Numbered from the stretch's first letter, positions 1 to 10,345 are shown. The stretch: DNA of 64,000 nucleotides from a virus (IMGVR_UViG_3300021426_000084); one strand, 5' to 3'. Notes: generated by a model from the letters alone, not told the origin. Made by a program: numbers and translations.

Positions 1-4
1 AGGG

Positions 5-280
5 TTGTTGAAGATGAATAAGATTAGATTTTTATTAGGCCGCTACGCTTCAGTATATACGGATTACAGTGCCTGTATGTACTGGGGAATAGATAAAGAC
101 GCCCGGATTACGCAACGGGATTACTGGCTTAAGAGATTGGCGCGAAAAGGTGTTGATGGCGCAGCATTGAAATACATTGAGCTATTATGTGATTATGACC
201 CCGGCAATATGAGTGATGTTTCAGAAGAAATAATCTGTGAAGCCTGTGATAAAGTTGCTGCAGACATAGTGGCGGCATAA
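5..280 (+). CDS. hypothetical protein (frame open to window start; first ATG at 14)
   Basis: 91-aa ORF in track; no recognisable motif. Confidence 0.45.
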   Translation: MLKMNKIRFLLGRYASVYTDYSACMYWGIDKDARITQRDYWLKRLARKGVDGAALKYIELLCDYDPGNMSDVSEEIICEACDKVAADIVAA

Positions 281-358
281 AATATTGACACCTATGAAAT
301 GTTGAGTTGCCGTCTAGTTTTGAAGAGCTAGGCGGTTGTAATTAGGGAGGTTTTTCAA

Positions 359-691
359 ATGAAATTGACAAATTCCAACGGTGCAATATTTGAAATTAAC
401 CCGCTCGATTTAATGGAACGGGTCAACAAGGAAGGCATCGACCGGTTCTTTCATCCGAAAGAACTCTTCATAAAGAATGCCCAGGAGGGCGACTGGGCAG
501 AATATTTTGTAGTTCCTACTTCGAACGGGATTTATAATCCCGAAAGCAATAAAGTAGAATTCTGCACCCCGTTTTGGAATGGGGAGCTTACGGATGTAAG
601 AATAAAAAGGGTAGTATTTAGGAACGGTCAATGGCATTATGACCGCCATGCAGAAAGGGAAGCTTTTCCCGGCTGCACTTCCGAATACTGA
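359..691 (+). CDS. hypothetical protein
   Basis: 110-aa ORF with SD agggagg 8 nt upstream. Confidence 0.6.
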   Translation: MKLTNSNGAIFEINPLDLMERVNKEGIDRFFHPKELFIKNAQEGDWAEYFVVPTSNGIYNPESNKVEFCTPFWNGELTDVRIKRVVFRNGQWHYDRHAEREAFPGCTSEY

Positions 692-736
692 GTTTCACCA
701 CCTGAAGAAGCAGATAAAAAGCAGGGAGGCGAGAAT

Positions 737-901
737 ATGAACGAAGAGGAAGCAATTAAAATGCTGGAAGCTTGCCAGAGTAGTCCCGACATCGAAACTG
801 CCCATGAAGAAGCAGATGAAATTATCGCAGAGTTTCTTGTGGACGCAGGTTACAAAGAAGTAGCCGAGGCTTATGACAGAGTTCATAAGTGGTACTCTTA
901 A
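737..901 (+). CDS. small acidic hypothetical protein (54 aa)
   Basis: not in track (<60 aa); SD gcagggagg before ATG 737; fills the intergenic gap on the coding strand. Confidence 0.4.
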   Translation: MNEEEAIKMLEACQSSPDIETAHEEADEIIAEFLVDAGYKEVAEAYDRVHKWYS

Positions 902-972
902 AAGGATCTTGGGAAGTACCGGCGGTTTGGAGAGTTGTTGCAAACTGATTTAAGAAGGTGAAGGGTGAGAAA

Positions 973-1506
973 ATGAGCGTTTTTGTTATGCAGAGAATCA
1001 AAGTGGCAGACGGAGGTGTAACGATTAAGGATTTACTGGGAAGCCTTGTCCGCCCGCATGAAGTGTTCCGTTACGATCGTGATGATGAAGTGACAAGCAG
1101 AATACTGGAGGAAGTTATTGACCTTCGCGAACTCGGCGTAAACTACGATGAGGAGATTAAGAAAGGTTATCGCGTAAAAGCTTTCCTGAAAGACAAAGAA
1201 AAATTTCTTAGCAAGGGATTTTCGGTAGCTGAGCCGGCTAAAGATGATGCGCCGGACACTTACGTTACTTATTCCCGCCCTTGGGATATGCATGTAGCAG
1301 ATTGTCTGGGCATGGAACAGGTTGAATACAGCGATGACGGTACGGAACTTAATTGGTGGGGAAATTACATTTGCAATGAAGATATTGCGCCGGCCATTAG
1401 TAAAAAGTTTCCGAAAGTCAAATTTGAGCTGGAAGAAATCGTAGAGTATGAATTGACAAGCAAAGTTGTTATCCAAAACGGCAAGCTGATTGAGCGCATA
1501 AAATAA
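973..1506 (+). CDS. hypothetical protein
   Basis: ORF 958-1506; ATG 973 preceded by aaggtgaagggtgag. Confidence 0.55.
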   Translation: MSVFVMQRIKVADGGVTIKDLLGSLVRPHEVFRYDRDDEVTSRILEEVIDLRELGVNYDEEIKKGYRVKAFLKDKEKFLSKGFSVAEPAKDDAPDTYVTYSRPWDMHVADCLGMEQVEYSDDGTELNWWGNYICNEDIAPAISKKFPKVKFELEEIVEYELTSKVVIQNGKLIERIK

Positions 1507-1548
1507 ACGCCCATGAACTGACGGTATGAATAAGAAAGGAAAATAAAA

Positions 1549-1881
1549 ATGAACGAAACTATCAGTAAGTGGATAGAAGAACATAGCCGGAATACAGAAT
1601 TGGCGCCGGCTAAGATTGCTGCGCTGTTAAAAGATAGCGGCGTAAGCGCGATCGATGCATATGAAGCGGTTAAAGCCTTTAGGATTATTGGCGAGCTCAA
1701 AATGAAGTCGCTGCGAGCTGAAGAAGGGCTTCTGAGAGATGGTGAAGATGGCACCGGCGTAAGCGAAGAAGTCATCAGGGAGTGCATTGACACTATATTG
1801 ATATATCCGGCTTTCATTAATTATCGGGTAGGACAAGAAGTGGTAAAAGCATATAATATTGACGATAAAAAGACTGCGTAA
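1549..1881 (+). CDS. hypothetical protein
   Basis: 110-aa ORF with SD aagaaagga. Confidence 0.55.
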   Translation: MNETISKWIEEHSRNTELAPAKIAALLKDSGVSAIDAYEAVKAFRIIGELKMKSLRAEEGLLRDGEDGTGVSEEVIRECIDTILIYPAFINYRVGQEVVKAYNIDDKKTA

Positions 1882-1897
1882 GAAAGGACGAGTTGAA

Positions 1898-2452
1898 ATG
1901 AATAAAAAAGACGCTATCGAAACAGCGAAGGGAATTGGGGAAGTGGCCGCCCGCCGCCACAATTATAACATGTTAAGCGGCAAGGTAAATGAACTTTGGC
2001 AGCTTAAAGCAACATATGGCACAATCGTTCGCAATCTTGAAAGTGGAAAGTGCTCGGCTGAAGAAAATAAGGAAGCCGTCGAAACCGAGACAAAAATCCT
2101 CCACCTCCTTGAAGATATGGTAGCAAAAGAAAGATTTGCTATTGACTGCATCGGTATGTACAACTTTATCTGCAAAGAGCTGTTTGGTGAAGACTCTATT
2201 GATGGCGATAACAATCCGGATCCCGATGACAAGTATAAGGCAGCGAAGGAAGAAATTGAGCGATTAAAAGCAGAGAATAAAGACCTGCGACAGAAAATGA
2301 CAGAACGTGACCTTAGCTGGACAGATATGTACCGCAAAAACGGCGACCTTAGAAAAAAACTGGCCGTCCAGGATAGATACCGTAAACACTGGAAAGAAAA
2401 GTATGAAAACCTGCTTAAGGAAGTAGGGCAGCGGGACGCCAAAGTGGCGTAA
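1898..2452 (+). CDS. coiled-coil hypothetical protein
   Basis: K/E-rich heptad-like C-terminus; SD gaaagga before ATG 1898. Confidence 0.55.
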   Translation: MNKKDAIETAKGIGEVAARRHNYNMLSGKVNELWQLKATYGTIVRNLESGKCSAEENKEAVETETKILHLLEDMVAKERFAIDCIGMYNFICKELFGEDSIDGDNNPDPDDKYKAAKEEIERLKAENKDLRQKMTERDLSWTDMYRKNGDLRKKLAVQDRYRKHWKEKYENLLKEVGQRDAKVA

Positions 2453-2469
2453 AAAAAGGAGGGTTTTCG

Positions 2470-2808
2470 TTGAAAAAGAAAATTATTGCTTCATTTATAG
2501 CTGCCGGCATTATGAGCGCGAGCGTAGCGAGCGCAGGCCAAGTTACGACACACGCAGAAATGCCCGGTAAGACGGACTACATCTACTGCATGGAAACCTA
2601 TAAAGCGGATTCCTTAAAAGCAGAATCGCTTGATGATATCGTGGACTACTATCTCACCAAAAACACCTATGGTGAAAGAGCTCATGAGGAATTCAAGGAA
2701 GGAATTCTGGAAGTCAACCCATGGTTGTGTGACCGTAAGAAGGAACATGGCCAGATAATGGTTGGCGCCGGCGAAGAAATTGTGGTATACTACTGGAAGA
2801 AGAAGTAA
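2470..2808 (+). CDS. secreted small protein (N-terminal signal peptide)
   Basis: MKKKIIASFIAAGIMSASVASA signal-like N-terminus; TTG start after aaaggaggg. Confidence 0.55.
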   Translation: MKKKIIASFIAAGIMSASVASAGQVTTHAEMPGKTDYIYCMETYKADSLKAESLDDIVDYYLTKNTYGERAHEEFKEGILEVNPWLCDRKKEHGQIMVGAGEEIVVYYWKKK

Positions 2809-2859
2809 GTAGTTACCGCAAAACATGTAAGAAGTAAACTGAAAAGAAAGGTTAACGCC

Positions 2860-3306
2860 TTGGCCAATTGGAAGATTACAACCCCCTCCATTTACTGGAG
2901 CATAAAAAAAGAGCAAAAAGACAAAGAGCAGGAGCGGCATAAGAAGACAGCTGCACGCCTGTATCGCCAGCGAAATAGAGCCCGAAATATGGCTAAGCGG
3001 CATGAAGCTACTACAGATAGAAGGGCTAATGAACTGCGTCAGCTGGTTCTTAAAATAAAGGATTTGCGCAAGCGTAAGTTCAAGTGGAGAGAAATTGACA
3101 TTTTAATTAAGAAGCCCCGCAGCGCAACATTTTACTACCGGAATAAGTACCTGTGTGAAGGCGAAGATAGTGAAGTTGTGCGTGAATTTTTGTGCGCGCA
3201 GTGCCATGCGCCGGTTATCGTTACTAGCAAAGTAGACCGCAGAAGAAAGTTCTGCAGCAAGATTTGCGAAAAGCGCTACTGGCGCCACAGAAAAAATAAA
3301 AATTAA
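2860..3306 (+). CDS. basic protein with C-terminal Cys4 zinc-finger-like motif
   Basis: R/K-rich; CAQCHAP...CSKIC pairs. Confidence 0.5.
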   Translation: MANWKITTPSIYWSIKKEQKDKEQERHKKTAARLYRQRNRARNMAKRHEATTDRRANELRQLVLKIKDLRKRKFKWREIDILIKKPRSATFYYRNKYLCEGEDSEVVREFLCAQCHAPVIVTSKVDRRRKFCSKICEKRYWRHRKNKN

Positions 3307-3330
3307 AGAAGCTATAGAAAGGAAATCAAA

Positions 3331-3894
3331 ATGTTTGATGAATCCAAACTCAAGTTTGACCACTTCGTTGCTCTGACGGGAGCAGGCTGCAGCAAAGCAT
3401 CCGGTATCCCCACATTCGAGGAAGTCGACGGTTTGAAGCAGAAGCTTACCGTTGACTACAAGAAGTCAGAGCCGGAAAAGTTCAAGGCTGCTATGGAAGC
3501 GCTTAAAGCTTCTGTAAGAGACAAAGAGCCGAACGATGCGCATCTTGCTCTTGTAGAATATAATGTCCCCATCATTACTATGAATGTTGATGGCCTGCAC
3601 CAGAAAGCCGGCAGTAAGGTAGTTTATGAACTTCACGGTTCTGCAGCCGAAGATAACATCGTTCTTTACGGCGAAAATGTTCATTGTTATGATGAAGCTT
3701 ACGACCTCTTAAATGCCAACGTCGGGACACCAGATAATCATGTGTGCTTACTGATTATTGGTACATCCATGCAGACGCAGCTGGCAAATGAATTGAAATG
3801 GCACGCCATGACGTTCTGCAATATGTATGTCAAGACCATCAGTGAAGACGCAGAACATAAGGTTCGTGAGTTTTTGGAAAAGCATCATGTATAA
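3331..3894 (+). CDS. compact Sir2-family (sirtuin-like) NAD-binding protein
   Basis: GAGCSKASGIPTF (GAGIS-x-SGIP-F-like), LHGS and GTS motifs; no Zn-ribbon module; 187 aa. Confidence 0.55.
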   Translation: MFDESKLKFDHFVALTGAGCSKASGIPTFEEVDGLKQKLTVDYKKSEPEKFKAAMEALKASVRDKEPNDAHLALVEYNVPIITMNVDGLHQKAGSKVVYELHGSAAEDNIVLYGENVHCYDEAYDLLNANVGTPDNHVCLLIIGTSMQTQLANELKWHAMTFCNMYVKTISEDAEHKVREFLEKHHV

Positions 3895-3934
3895 AAATTA
3901 AGAAAATCAGATACAATTTAAGAAAGGAAAACAC

Positions 3935-4120
3935 ATGTTAGACGTATTAAGTGGATTAAAGAGGCTAACGTATCGTATACAGCCTATATCTCATATTCAG
4001 AAGAGAGAAAAGCGAAAGAAGCAACAGGAAGACCGCAAAACATATCACGAAGTCCAGAACTATATCAGCAAAATCCGGAAGGACATGGGATATAGCGATG
4101 GTGGAGAATGGCAGGCATAA
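3935..4120 (+). CDS. small basic hypothetical protein
   Basis: 61-aa ORF with SD aagaaagga. Confidence 0.4.
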   Translation: MLDVLSGLKRLTYRIQPISHIQKREKRKKQQEDRKTYHEVQNYISKIRKDMGYSDGGEWQA

Positions 4121-4145
4121 GCTAAAAAGAAAGGAATTTTCTATC

Positions 4146-4859
4146 ATGCAGAAAGAAGTCACTAGGAATGAGGCCATAGCATTGATAACTGCCGCAGTCG
4201 GTGCAGTTTACAGCGAATGTTTTGGGGAAAAGAAACATAAGCTTAGCAACTACGTTAGGCGGGCGGCAACGGTTGCCGGCCAGATAAGAAACACGGAAGA
4301 GAAAAGCCAATATATTCTTAGCCAAATGACCGAACTCAATTCTGAAATCGGAGAGCTGAGCTCGGAAGCACAACAAGTGCTTGCCATTTTTGATACTATG
4401 GTAAGTATGAGCAGTGTAGAGACTGAAGAATTGTGGGCGCGCATCAGGGATCTTGAGCAAAGAAATGATTCTAAGACCAGGGTTATTGAAGCCAATAACA
4501 ATCTTCAGAAGCGATTGGAAGTAGCACAGAGGGCACTGGGTGAGCTGCAAATCAAGCATGCGAAACTCCAGCAATCCTACAACACAATGGATAAAAATTT
4601 CCGCAGCAATGCGAATAAACTCATCGAACGAGTCAAAGAGGTTAACCAACTCAAAGAAAAGATGTCTAAGAGCAGCGTAAGAAGCTTAAAAAAAGAGCTG
4701 GAGGCTGCCAAATCAGAAATCTGCCGACTCCAGTGCAAGGTGGGTTCCGAAGACTGGGCACGCAGAGAATGGAAACGCAAATACGCAGAGCTTCTGCAGA
4801 AATATAAGGAACTGTCAAAAACAAGCGGCTTAACAGGCCGCAAAAGAAAAGCAGCGTAA
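4146..4859 (+). CDS. coiled-coil hypothetical protein
   Basis: long heptad-rich ORF; ATG 4146 after aaagaaagga. Confidence 0.55.
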   Translation: MQKEVTRNEAIALITAAVGAVYSECFGEKKHKLSNYVRRAATVAGQIRNTEEKSQYILSQMTELNSEIGELSSEAQQVLAIFDTMVSMSSVETEELWARIRDLEQRNDSKTRVIEANNNLQKRLEVAQRALGELQIKHAKLQQSYNTMDKNFRSNANKLIERVKEVNQLKEKMSKSSVRSLKKELEAAKSEICRLQCKVGSEDWARREWKRKYAELLQKYKELSKTSGLTGRKRKAA

Positions 4860-4909
4860 CCCCAACGAATGTTTTTGTAGGGGGTGAAAAAGAAAGGAAG
4901 TTGATTTAG

Positions 4910-5272
4910 ATGAAGTATGTAGTTAGAACGATGGAACGTCCGTACAGTGGTGGAGAATTTAAGTTGTACACCCGTCAGATGAACAGAGAGAAGTTTAATC
5001 TGATGATTAATATGCGCGGCTTTCACATTACACCGGAATATAGCGAGACAATTGTTGATAAAAATGGCAATCCGGCATTTATGCAGTACGGAATGACCTT
5101 TAACAGCAGCCTTCGGCACACGGCCTGCCGCGTAGTATCTATTGAACTGGACAATCAGCTCATTTACCAGTACGGTAATGAAGCTACCAAGTTTGTAGAT
5201 GAGATATTTAATAACGAACTTAGTATGCTCTGCAACATCAAGAAAGAGAAGGAGCAGGAGGCAGCAGCATGA
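4910..5272 (+). CDS. hypothetical protein
   Basis: 120-aa ORF with SD gaaaggaag. Confidence 0.55.
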   Translation: MKYVVRTMERPYSGGEFKLYTRQMNREKFNLMINMRGFHITPEYSETIVDKNGNPAFMQYGMTFNSSLRHTACRVVSIELDNQLIYQYGNEATKFVDEIFNNELSMLCNIKKEKEQEAAA

Positions 5273-5637
5273 TTGATATTGCGGGCAGAGAAATTGTTAC
5301 TGGCGATATTGTCATGGTGGGTGGTGCGTATTGCCAGTGTCACAATGGCTATTGGGTGGTAACACGTTCGCCTGGTGATGAGAACTGGATAGGCGAAGAC
5401 CATAGCCTCACAAAACTAAGTCGGTATGGTAAGGTAAGCTACGCAAAATATAATCTCAGCTCGTGGCCACTTATGCATTTTATTGCAAGCCAGAAGGTAG
5501 CAGACGAAGCGCGGATACATGATGAAAAATATGCATACATTCGCGTTATTGGACATACCGACATGCAGCCGGATGATTTTGAGAAGAGTAACCCAGAGCA
5601 TGTCGAGCGTATCGATTTTGGGAAGGCGCTGTTCTAA
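5269..5637 (+). CDS. hypothetical protein
   Basis: ATGA overlap with the upstream stop suggests coupling. Confidence 0.5.
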   Translation: MIDIAGREIVTGDIVMVGGAYCQCHNGYWVVTRSPGDENWIGEDHSLTKLSRYGKVSYAKYNLSSWPLMHFIASQKVADEARIHDEKYAYIRVIGHTDMQPDDFEKSNPEHVERIDFGKALF

Positions 5638-5658
5638 AAAAAGAAAGTGGGGAGAAAA

Positions 5659-6555
5659 ATGCAAAACGAGGAACTGGTCAAAAGCTGGCTAAAACTCAAG
5701 TATCCGCATGGCTATATGTTATATGCGGATTACAATGACCGCTTAAGCGATGAATCCATTTATGGGATTATAAGCTCAGATAATCCCCAGGCGGCATTAA
5801 ATGAAAAAATGTATTATACTTATATCGGCGATTGCGACTGTCGATATGAGCAGTACAAGGAAATCGCTAAAGAAGCGGCGGCAGAAATACCTGCAATTGC
5901 TAAAGAAGACATTGATGATGTGATTGAATGTGTGCAGGATAATCTTGAGATGACTTATCCGGTAGAACATTTTCTTAATCAGCGTGTACGCACGGATATT
6001 TATGTGGATACCGGCGACAGCGATCGTGATTTTACCTGTAATGCCATGTATCCGCATTACAATGGTAGAAAAGAGTGGCTGGAAGACCCGGATATTATAG
6101 AAGATGAATACAAGGACGCATCACTATTCTGGCTTGCAGAAACTCAGGGGTATAGCCGAGAAGATTTTGTAAAGTTTCTTCTGACTAATACAGACGATAC
6201 TACTTACAAAAAGAGCGGCTTTCTTAATAGCGTGTTCCAGGAAATGGCAAACATGCCTAGTCATATGCCGGCATTAGTTTTCTTACAGACTTATACTTTG
6301 CGGGAGCTCATTGATATTGTTCAGAATAAGAAAGATATCAGCATTATCCCCGGAACAATGTGTGGGCTGTATGATAACTGGCAGGGTGGCGGCGGCCCGT
6401 TAGGAATCGAAATTGAGAAGCCGATAACATTACCATACGATAAAGTATTCCGGATTTACCCGGCAACCTCTTATAGCTATAGCATTGACCAATGTTATAG
6501 CTTGATTGGTGAAGCATGGGACTATGCTAATGCGAAGCGGAGGAGAGTAGCTTGA
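5659..6555 (+). CDS. hypothetical protein (300 aa)
   Basis: ATG 5659 after aaagtgggga. Confidence 0.55.
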   Translation: MQNEELVKSWLKLKYPHGYMLYADYNDRLSDESIYGIISSDNPQAALNEKMYYTYIGDCDCRYEQYKEIAKEAAAEIPAIAKEDIDDVIECVQDNLEMTYPVEHFLNQRVRTDIYVDTGDSDRDFTCNAMYPHYNGRKEWLEDPDIIEDEYKDASLFWLAETQGYSREDFVKFLLTNTDDTTYKKSGFLNSVFQEMANMPSHMPALVFLQTYTLRELIDIVQNKKDISIIPGTMCGLYDNWQGGGGPLGIEIEKPITLPYDKVFRIYPATSYSYSIDQCYSLIGEAWDYANAKRRRVA

Positions 6556-6770
6556 TGATTACCGACAATGTACTTCAGTTTGAGGTTATGCTCAATATTT
6601 GTTTGATTCTTTTAGTTGTGTGTCTTTCTATGTATATTGTTGTACAAGGAAGAAAGCTTCAGCGCTGTGAGGCAAGAATAGAAGAGATGCGCTGTGTCGC
6701 AAGAAGACACAGGGAAGCTGAGAAGAATCGAGAGCGAGAACAACTCCGCAATGATTCGATAGCTGCATAA
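6552..6770 (+). CDS. small membrane protein
   Basis: one hydrophobic helix plus basic tail; ATGA overlap. Confidence 0.45.
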   Translation: MMITDNVLQFEVMLNICLILLVVCLSMYIVVQGRKLQRCEARIEEMRCVARRHREAEKNREREQLRNDSIAA

Positions 6771-6821
6771 TATTGCGGCTAGGCGCAGGATATTGTAAAA
6801 TAGGACAGGGAGGTGATTTGC

Positions 6822-7010
6822 ATGATTATCGGAGGTATAGGCATTTTAATTATATTCTTTATCTTCGTCAATATCATGGCACTGTTTGGCAATGAAGATG
6901 CACAGGACTGGGTAAAACAGGATCAGGAAAAAGCCGACGGGTGTCTCGCACCTGTTCTGTTGCTTGTTTTCTGTATCGGATTTGTTTTCTGGTGGTTCAC
7001 ACATCATTGA
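6822..7010 (+). CDS. small membrane protein (two TM helices)
   Basis: hydrophobic; SD gacagggaggtg. Confidence 0.5.
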   Translation: MIIGGIGILIIFFIFVNIMALFGNEDAQDWVKQDQEKADGCLAPVLLLVFCIGFVFWWFTHH

Positions 7011-7138
7011 TTTTTTACCCCACTCTTGGCGAGAAGGCTCCCGCTTCTTAAGCGGGAGGTGAATCGCCATAGTAAAACACAATTGAATATTATAAAATTG
7101 TATGATATAATAATCTTTACGAGAAAGGCTTGAAAATA

Positions 7139-7966
7139 ATGAGTTTTGGCAAGAGTAAAATCTATGTGCTGGATATCTTTGGTGAAATTTCTGCAACACC
7201 CGGTAGTTCGCTTGGCGGTAAAGCTACGGACATGCAGAAAGTTATCGACTTTTTGCATAAGGCCGAAATAGAGGGGCCGGAAGAAGTTAGCGGCATAATT
7301 ATCCGCCTCAATACTCCGGGCGGCACAACTGGTACATCTGAAGAAGTTGCCATGATGATTGGCAAAGTGAGACGGGCCGGGATTCCTGTAGTGGCATCCA
7401 TTGCGGATGTGTGCTGTTCTGGTGGTTACTGGATTGCATCGGCCTGCGACTATATCTTTGCCAACAGAACATCGATGACCGGCAGTATCGGTGTTATCAT
7501 GATGTTGCCGAACTACAAAGGACTTTCCGAAAAGGTCGGCGTTCATTATGTCACGGTCAAGGCTGGTAAAATGAAGGATATCGGGAATCCGTTCCGCGAA
7601 CTCAGCGAAGAAGAATCTGAGTTCTTACATCAGCATGCGGCCGAGACACATAAAATCTTCATCGATGAAGTGGTTAAGAACCGCCGGTTAACCCCAGGAG
7701 GAGAAGCTTGTACGTTGTTTGATGGCCGCCCATTTTCTGCGGAATTTGCAAAAGAAAACGGCATGATTGATGAAATTGGCACATTCTATGACGCCCTTGA
7801 CTACCTGCTTCTACGAATTGGCAAAAATGAAAAAGAAGTCAAAATCAAGACTGCCGTAAAAAGTAAGGGGGCCATCGCAAAATTATTCTCTGGTGAAATC
7901 AGCGACATCATCATGTCCATAATGCAAAAGTTTTTGGCTGGCGGAAACCAACTCATAATGCGATAA
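7139..7966 (+). CDS. sppA: S49-family serine peptidase (SppA/protease IV-like; ClpP/crotonase fold)
   Basis: SGGYWIASACDYIFANRTSMTGSIGVIM core motif. Confidence 0.7.
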   Translation: MSFGKSKIYVLDIFGEISATPGSSLGGKATDMQKVIDFLHKAEIEGPEEVSGIIIRLNTPGGTTGTSEEVAMMIGKVRRAGIPVVASIADVCCSGGYWIASACDYIFANRTSMTGSIGVIMMLPNYKGLSEKVGVHYVTVKAGKMKDIGNPFRELSEEESEFLHQHAAETHKIFIDEVVKNRRLTPGGEACTLFDGRPFSAEFAKENGMIDEIGTFYDALDYLLLRIGKNEKEVKIKTAVKSKGAIAKLFSGEISDIIMSIMQKFLAGGNQLIMR

Positions 7967-7997
7967 AGAATAAAATTAAGAAAGGATATAGCATATA

Positions 7998-8795
7998 ATG
8001 TCAAGAGAATTGCCGAAGGCCGGAGAAATCTGGCATCATTTTAAGAACCACGACTACAAAATCATCGCCTGCCCGGTATTGCATACTGAAACGGATGAGC
8101 GTATGGTTTGCTATCAGGCTCTTTATGGAGCTTTCGGGATTTATGTCCGCCCGCTTCAGATGTTCATGAGCGAAGTTGACCATGATAAGTATCCAGAGGT
8201 CAAGCAGAAGTACCGTTTCGAGAAAAAGGAAGAAGAAAAGACGAATATGAAAAAGGTTCGGTATGCAACCGTACATCCTTTTAACAACTTTCTTGCTTGT
8301 TATACCGAAATCGCGGAAGATAGTACTCTGGACGAGATATTCGATAAAATCCAGCAGCCCCATAAGATGGTTTGGTTCTACTGCGTATGTCCGCATTTGT
8401 CGGATGCTGATTATGGCAGAATGCTGAAGAAAAGCTGGATAATAGAAGGAAATCCAAATCAGGACGAACGCATTACTCAGGAAACGTCCGTGATGCTTTT
8501 CAGACATGCGAAAAAAGATTGCATCATGAATAAGGAAGAACTGGAATATTATCAGAGTCTGCCCGATGTATTGACAGTATATCGCGGTGTAAGTCCGGGC
8601 CGGGCGCGTATCGGTCTTTCTTGGACAAACAATAAAGAAGTGGCTTTGCGGTATAAGAAGCGCTTCGAAGAAGAAGACAAAGAGGGATTTATCTTAAAGG
8701 CCAGGGTCGCAAAGGAGCATGTCCTTGCTTATTTCAAGCAGGACGACGAGTTGATTATAAATCCATACGAGCTGGAAGACCTCGTGGAATTATAA
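7998..8795 (+). CDS. hypothetical protein with N-terminal DUF1653-like domain
   Basis: [15 protein letters not shown]...[20 protein letters not shown] pattern typical of DUF1653. Confidence 0.45.
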   Translation: MSRELPKAGEIWHHFKNHDYKIIACPVLHTETDERMVCYQALYGAFGIYVRPLQMFMSEVDHDKYPEVKQKYRFEKKEEEKTNMKKVRYATVHPFNNFLACYTEIAEDSTLDEIFDKIQQPHKMVWFYCVCPHLSDADYGRMLKKSWIIEGNPNQDERITQETSVMLFRHAKKDCIMNKEELEYYQSLPDVLTVYRGVSPGRARIGLSWTNNKEVALRYKKRFEEEDKEGFILKARVAKEHVLAYFKQDDELIINPYELEDLVEL

Positions 8796-8836
8796 TCTGG
8801 CTGGCTCAAAAACCTGAGACTTGGAAGGAGAGCGCA

Positions 8837-9418
8837 ATGAAAAAAGAAATCATCTTTCCCTGTGGGGATAATTTGACGGCGAAGGCTGATTACGGCTATG
8901 CCTATGGCCGGCTTGTAAGGCATATCCCCATTGACGGCAAGGGTAAGCCGCAAATTATCGGGCCGTGCGGCGTATGTACAAAGTGCGACAAGATTACTCA
9001 TACTGCAAAGTATATGGATACTGAAACCGGTGAAGAGAGAAGGTACGAAGACACTTTCTGTATCGGCTATTCACAGGAATATCTTGATAACAAAGATAAG
9101 CCTACGGCTGATTATGTTGATATGGACGGCGGCATAATCGGGCCATATACTATCGAAGTTATCATCCAGTCCGAAGATTATCGCCGTGTAGAATATATCA
9201 AAGGCAAATCCGAAGGCTGTAGCATGCTTGACTTAATGGATTTTGACATCGATGAGCTATTAGAAACAGCTAAGGAAAAAGATGGCCCGTGCTATCACCT
9301 CATTATGTTCAATATTTATACCGGCCGGCTTCAGGATATTGAATTTGAGAATGAGGAGCAAGTGAAGAACAGTATCATATCTGTACGCCTTCTGAAAGAA
9401 GAGGAAGATGCAGCATGA
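8837..9418 (+). CDS. hypothetical protein
   Basis: 193-aa ORF with SD ggaaggagag. Confidence 0.55.
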   Translation: MKKEIIFPCGDNLTAKADYGYAYGRLVRHIPIDGKGKPQIIGPCGVCTKCDKITHTAKYMDTETGEERRYEDTFCIGYSQEYLDNKDKPTADYVDMDGGIIGPYTIEVIIQSEDYRRVEYIKGKSEGCSMLDLMDFDIDELLETAKEKDGPCYHLIMFNIYTGRLQDIEFENEEQVKNSIISVRLLKEEEDAA

Positions 9419-9855
9419 AAGACTGGAAAGAAGTCAAAGGTGTAATAACCCCCGGCGGCGACGCGGCATGGATATGTCCGGTGTGTGGCGATGAAAGCCG
9501 GGAGTCGTATCACGTCTATGGTATTGAGTGTCCGGAGAACAAGCTCAATCGCTGCCCGCATTGCGGTGAGATGCTGAAATACCCCTGGGAGAAAAATAAA
9601 ACCAATATTGACCATTTTCCTCTGTTGGTAGTAACCAAAGGGAATACGGATGGTTCTTTGGTCAAAGACGATATTGTCCACTATGATGCAAAGGGCAATC
9701 TTGTTCTACATCTGCCATCCGCATATGGCGGCGGCTGGATGAGCAAGGAAGAACTAACGCCGGAGATAACCGACTTTGAATACGTTGAACATGAAAAATA
9801 TGCCGTTAAAAGCATCAATGGCAGAGAGTTCATTGTAGGGAAGGACATGATATAA
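9415..9855 (+). CDS. zinc-ribbon protein
   Basis: CPVCG...CPHCGE; ATGA overlap. Confidence 0.5.
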   Translation: MKDWKEVKGVITPGGDAAWICPVCGDESRESYHVYGIECPENKLNRCPHCGEMLKYPWEKNKTNIDHFPLLVVTKGNTDGSLVKDDIVHYDAKGNLVLHLPSAYGGGWMSKEELTPEITDFEYVEHEKYAVKSINGREFIVGKDMI

Positions 9856-10328
9856 TGGGATATATTTTTAGACTTCGCAATGCTGACAAAGGGGGCGAAA
9901 TAGTCGCCCAAGCACGAGCCGAAGAATATCCATCTAAAGAATCTATTGAAGATAATCTGCGGCTTTTCAAGATTGATGATTATGAGCCGGACGACTTCAA
10001 GGAAAACTTATTTGACGTTCGCAGCAGTATCGAAGATTGTGACTATGTGGTATCTATCTACAAAGAGGATGAGCCAGACCCGTATGAAGATATGGCCAGA
10101 AGATGCCAGGAAACTCGCGAGAGACTGCAAAGATACGTCGTCAGGCCGAGAAAACGTGTGCCGCAGAAAAAGACGGAAAAACAGAAGGTCTTGGAAGAAG
10201 CGGCGACCATGCTAACGTCTGAAGGCTGCCTTTCCATTTACCCGGACGATATCGAAGACCTGTACGAAGATGGAATGAACACAGAAGATATCATCAAGCG
10301 TTTCAACGAAAGAGGTACGTGGCTGTAA
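9855..10328 (+). CDS. acidic hypothetical protein
   Basis: 157-aa ORF. Confidence 0.5.
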   Translation: MGYIFRLRNADKGGEIVAQARAEEYPSKESIEDNLRLFKIDDYEPDDFKENLFDVRSSIEDCDYVVSIYKEDEPDPYEDMARRCQETRERLQRYVVRPRKRVPQKKTEKQKVLEEAATMLTSEGCLSIYPDDIEDLYEDGMNTEDIIKRFNERGTWL

Positions 10329-10345
10329 GAAGGAGGAATCAAACA

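Noticed and set aside
1033-2442. Minus-strand ORFs (1033-1584, 1365-1817, 1627-1962, 1963-2442) overlapping plus-strand genes
   Set aside because: They are antisense to well-supported plus-strand ORFs with SD sites, Leu/Ser-rich as expected of antisense frames, and lack RBS. The same reasoning applies to almost all minus-strand track ORFs across the window.
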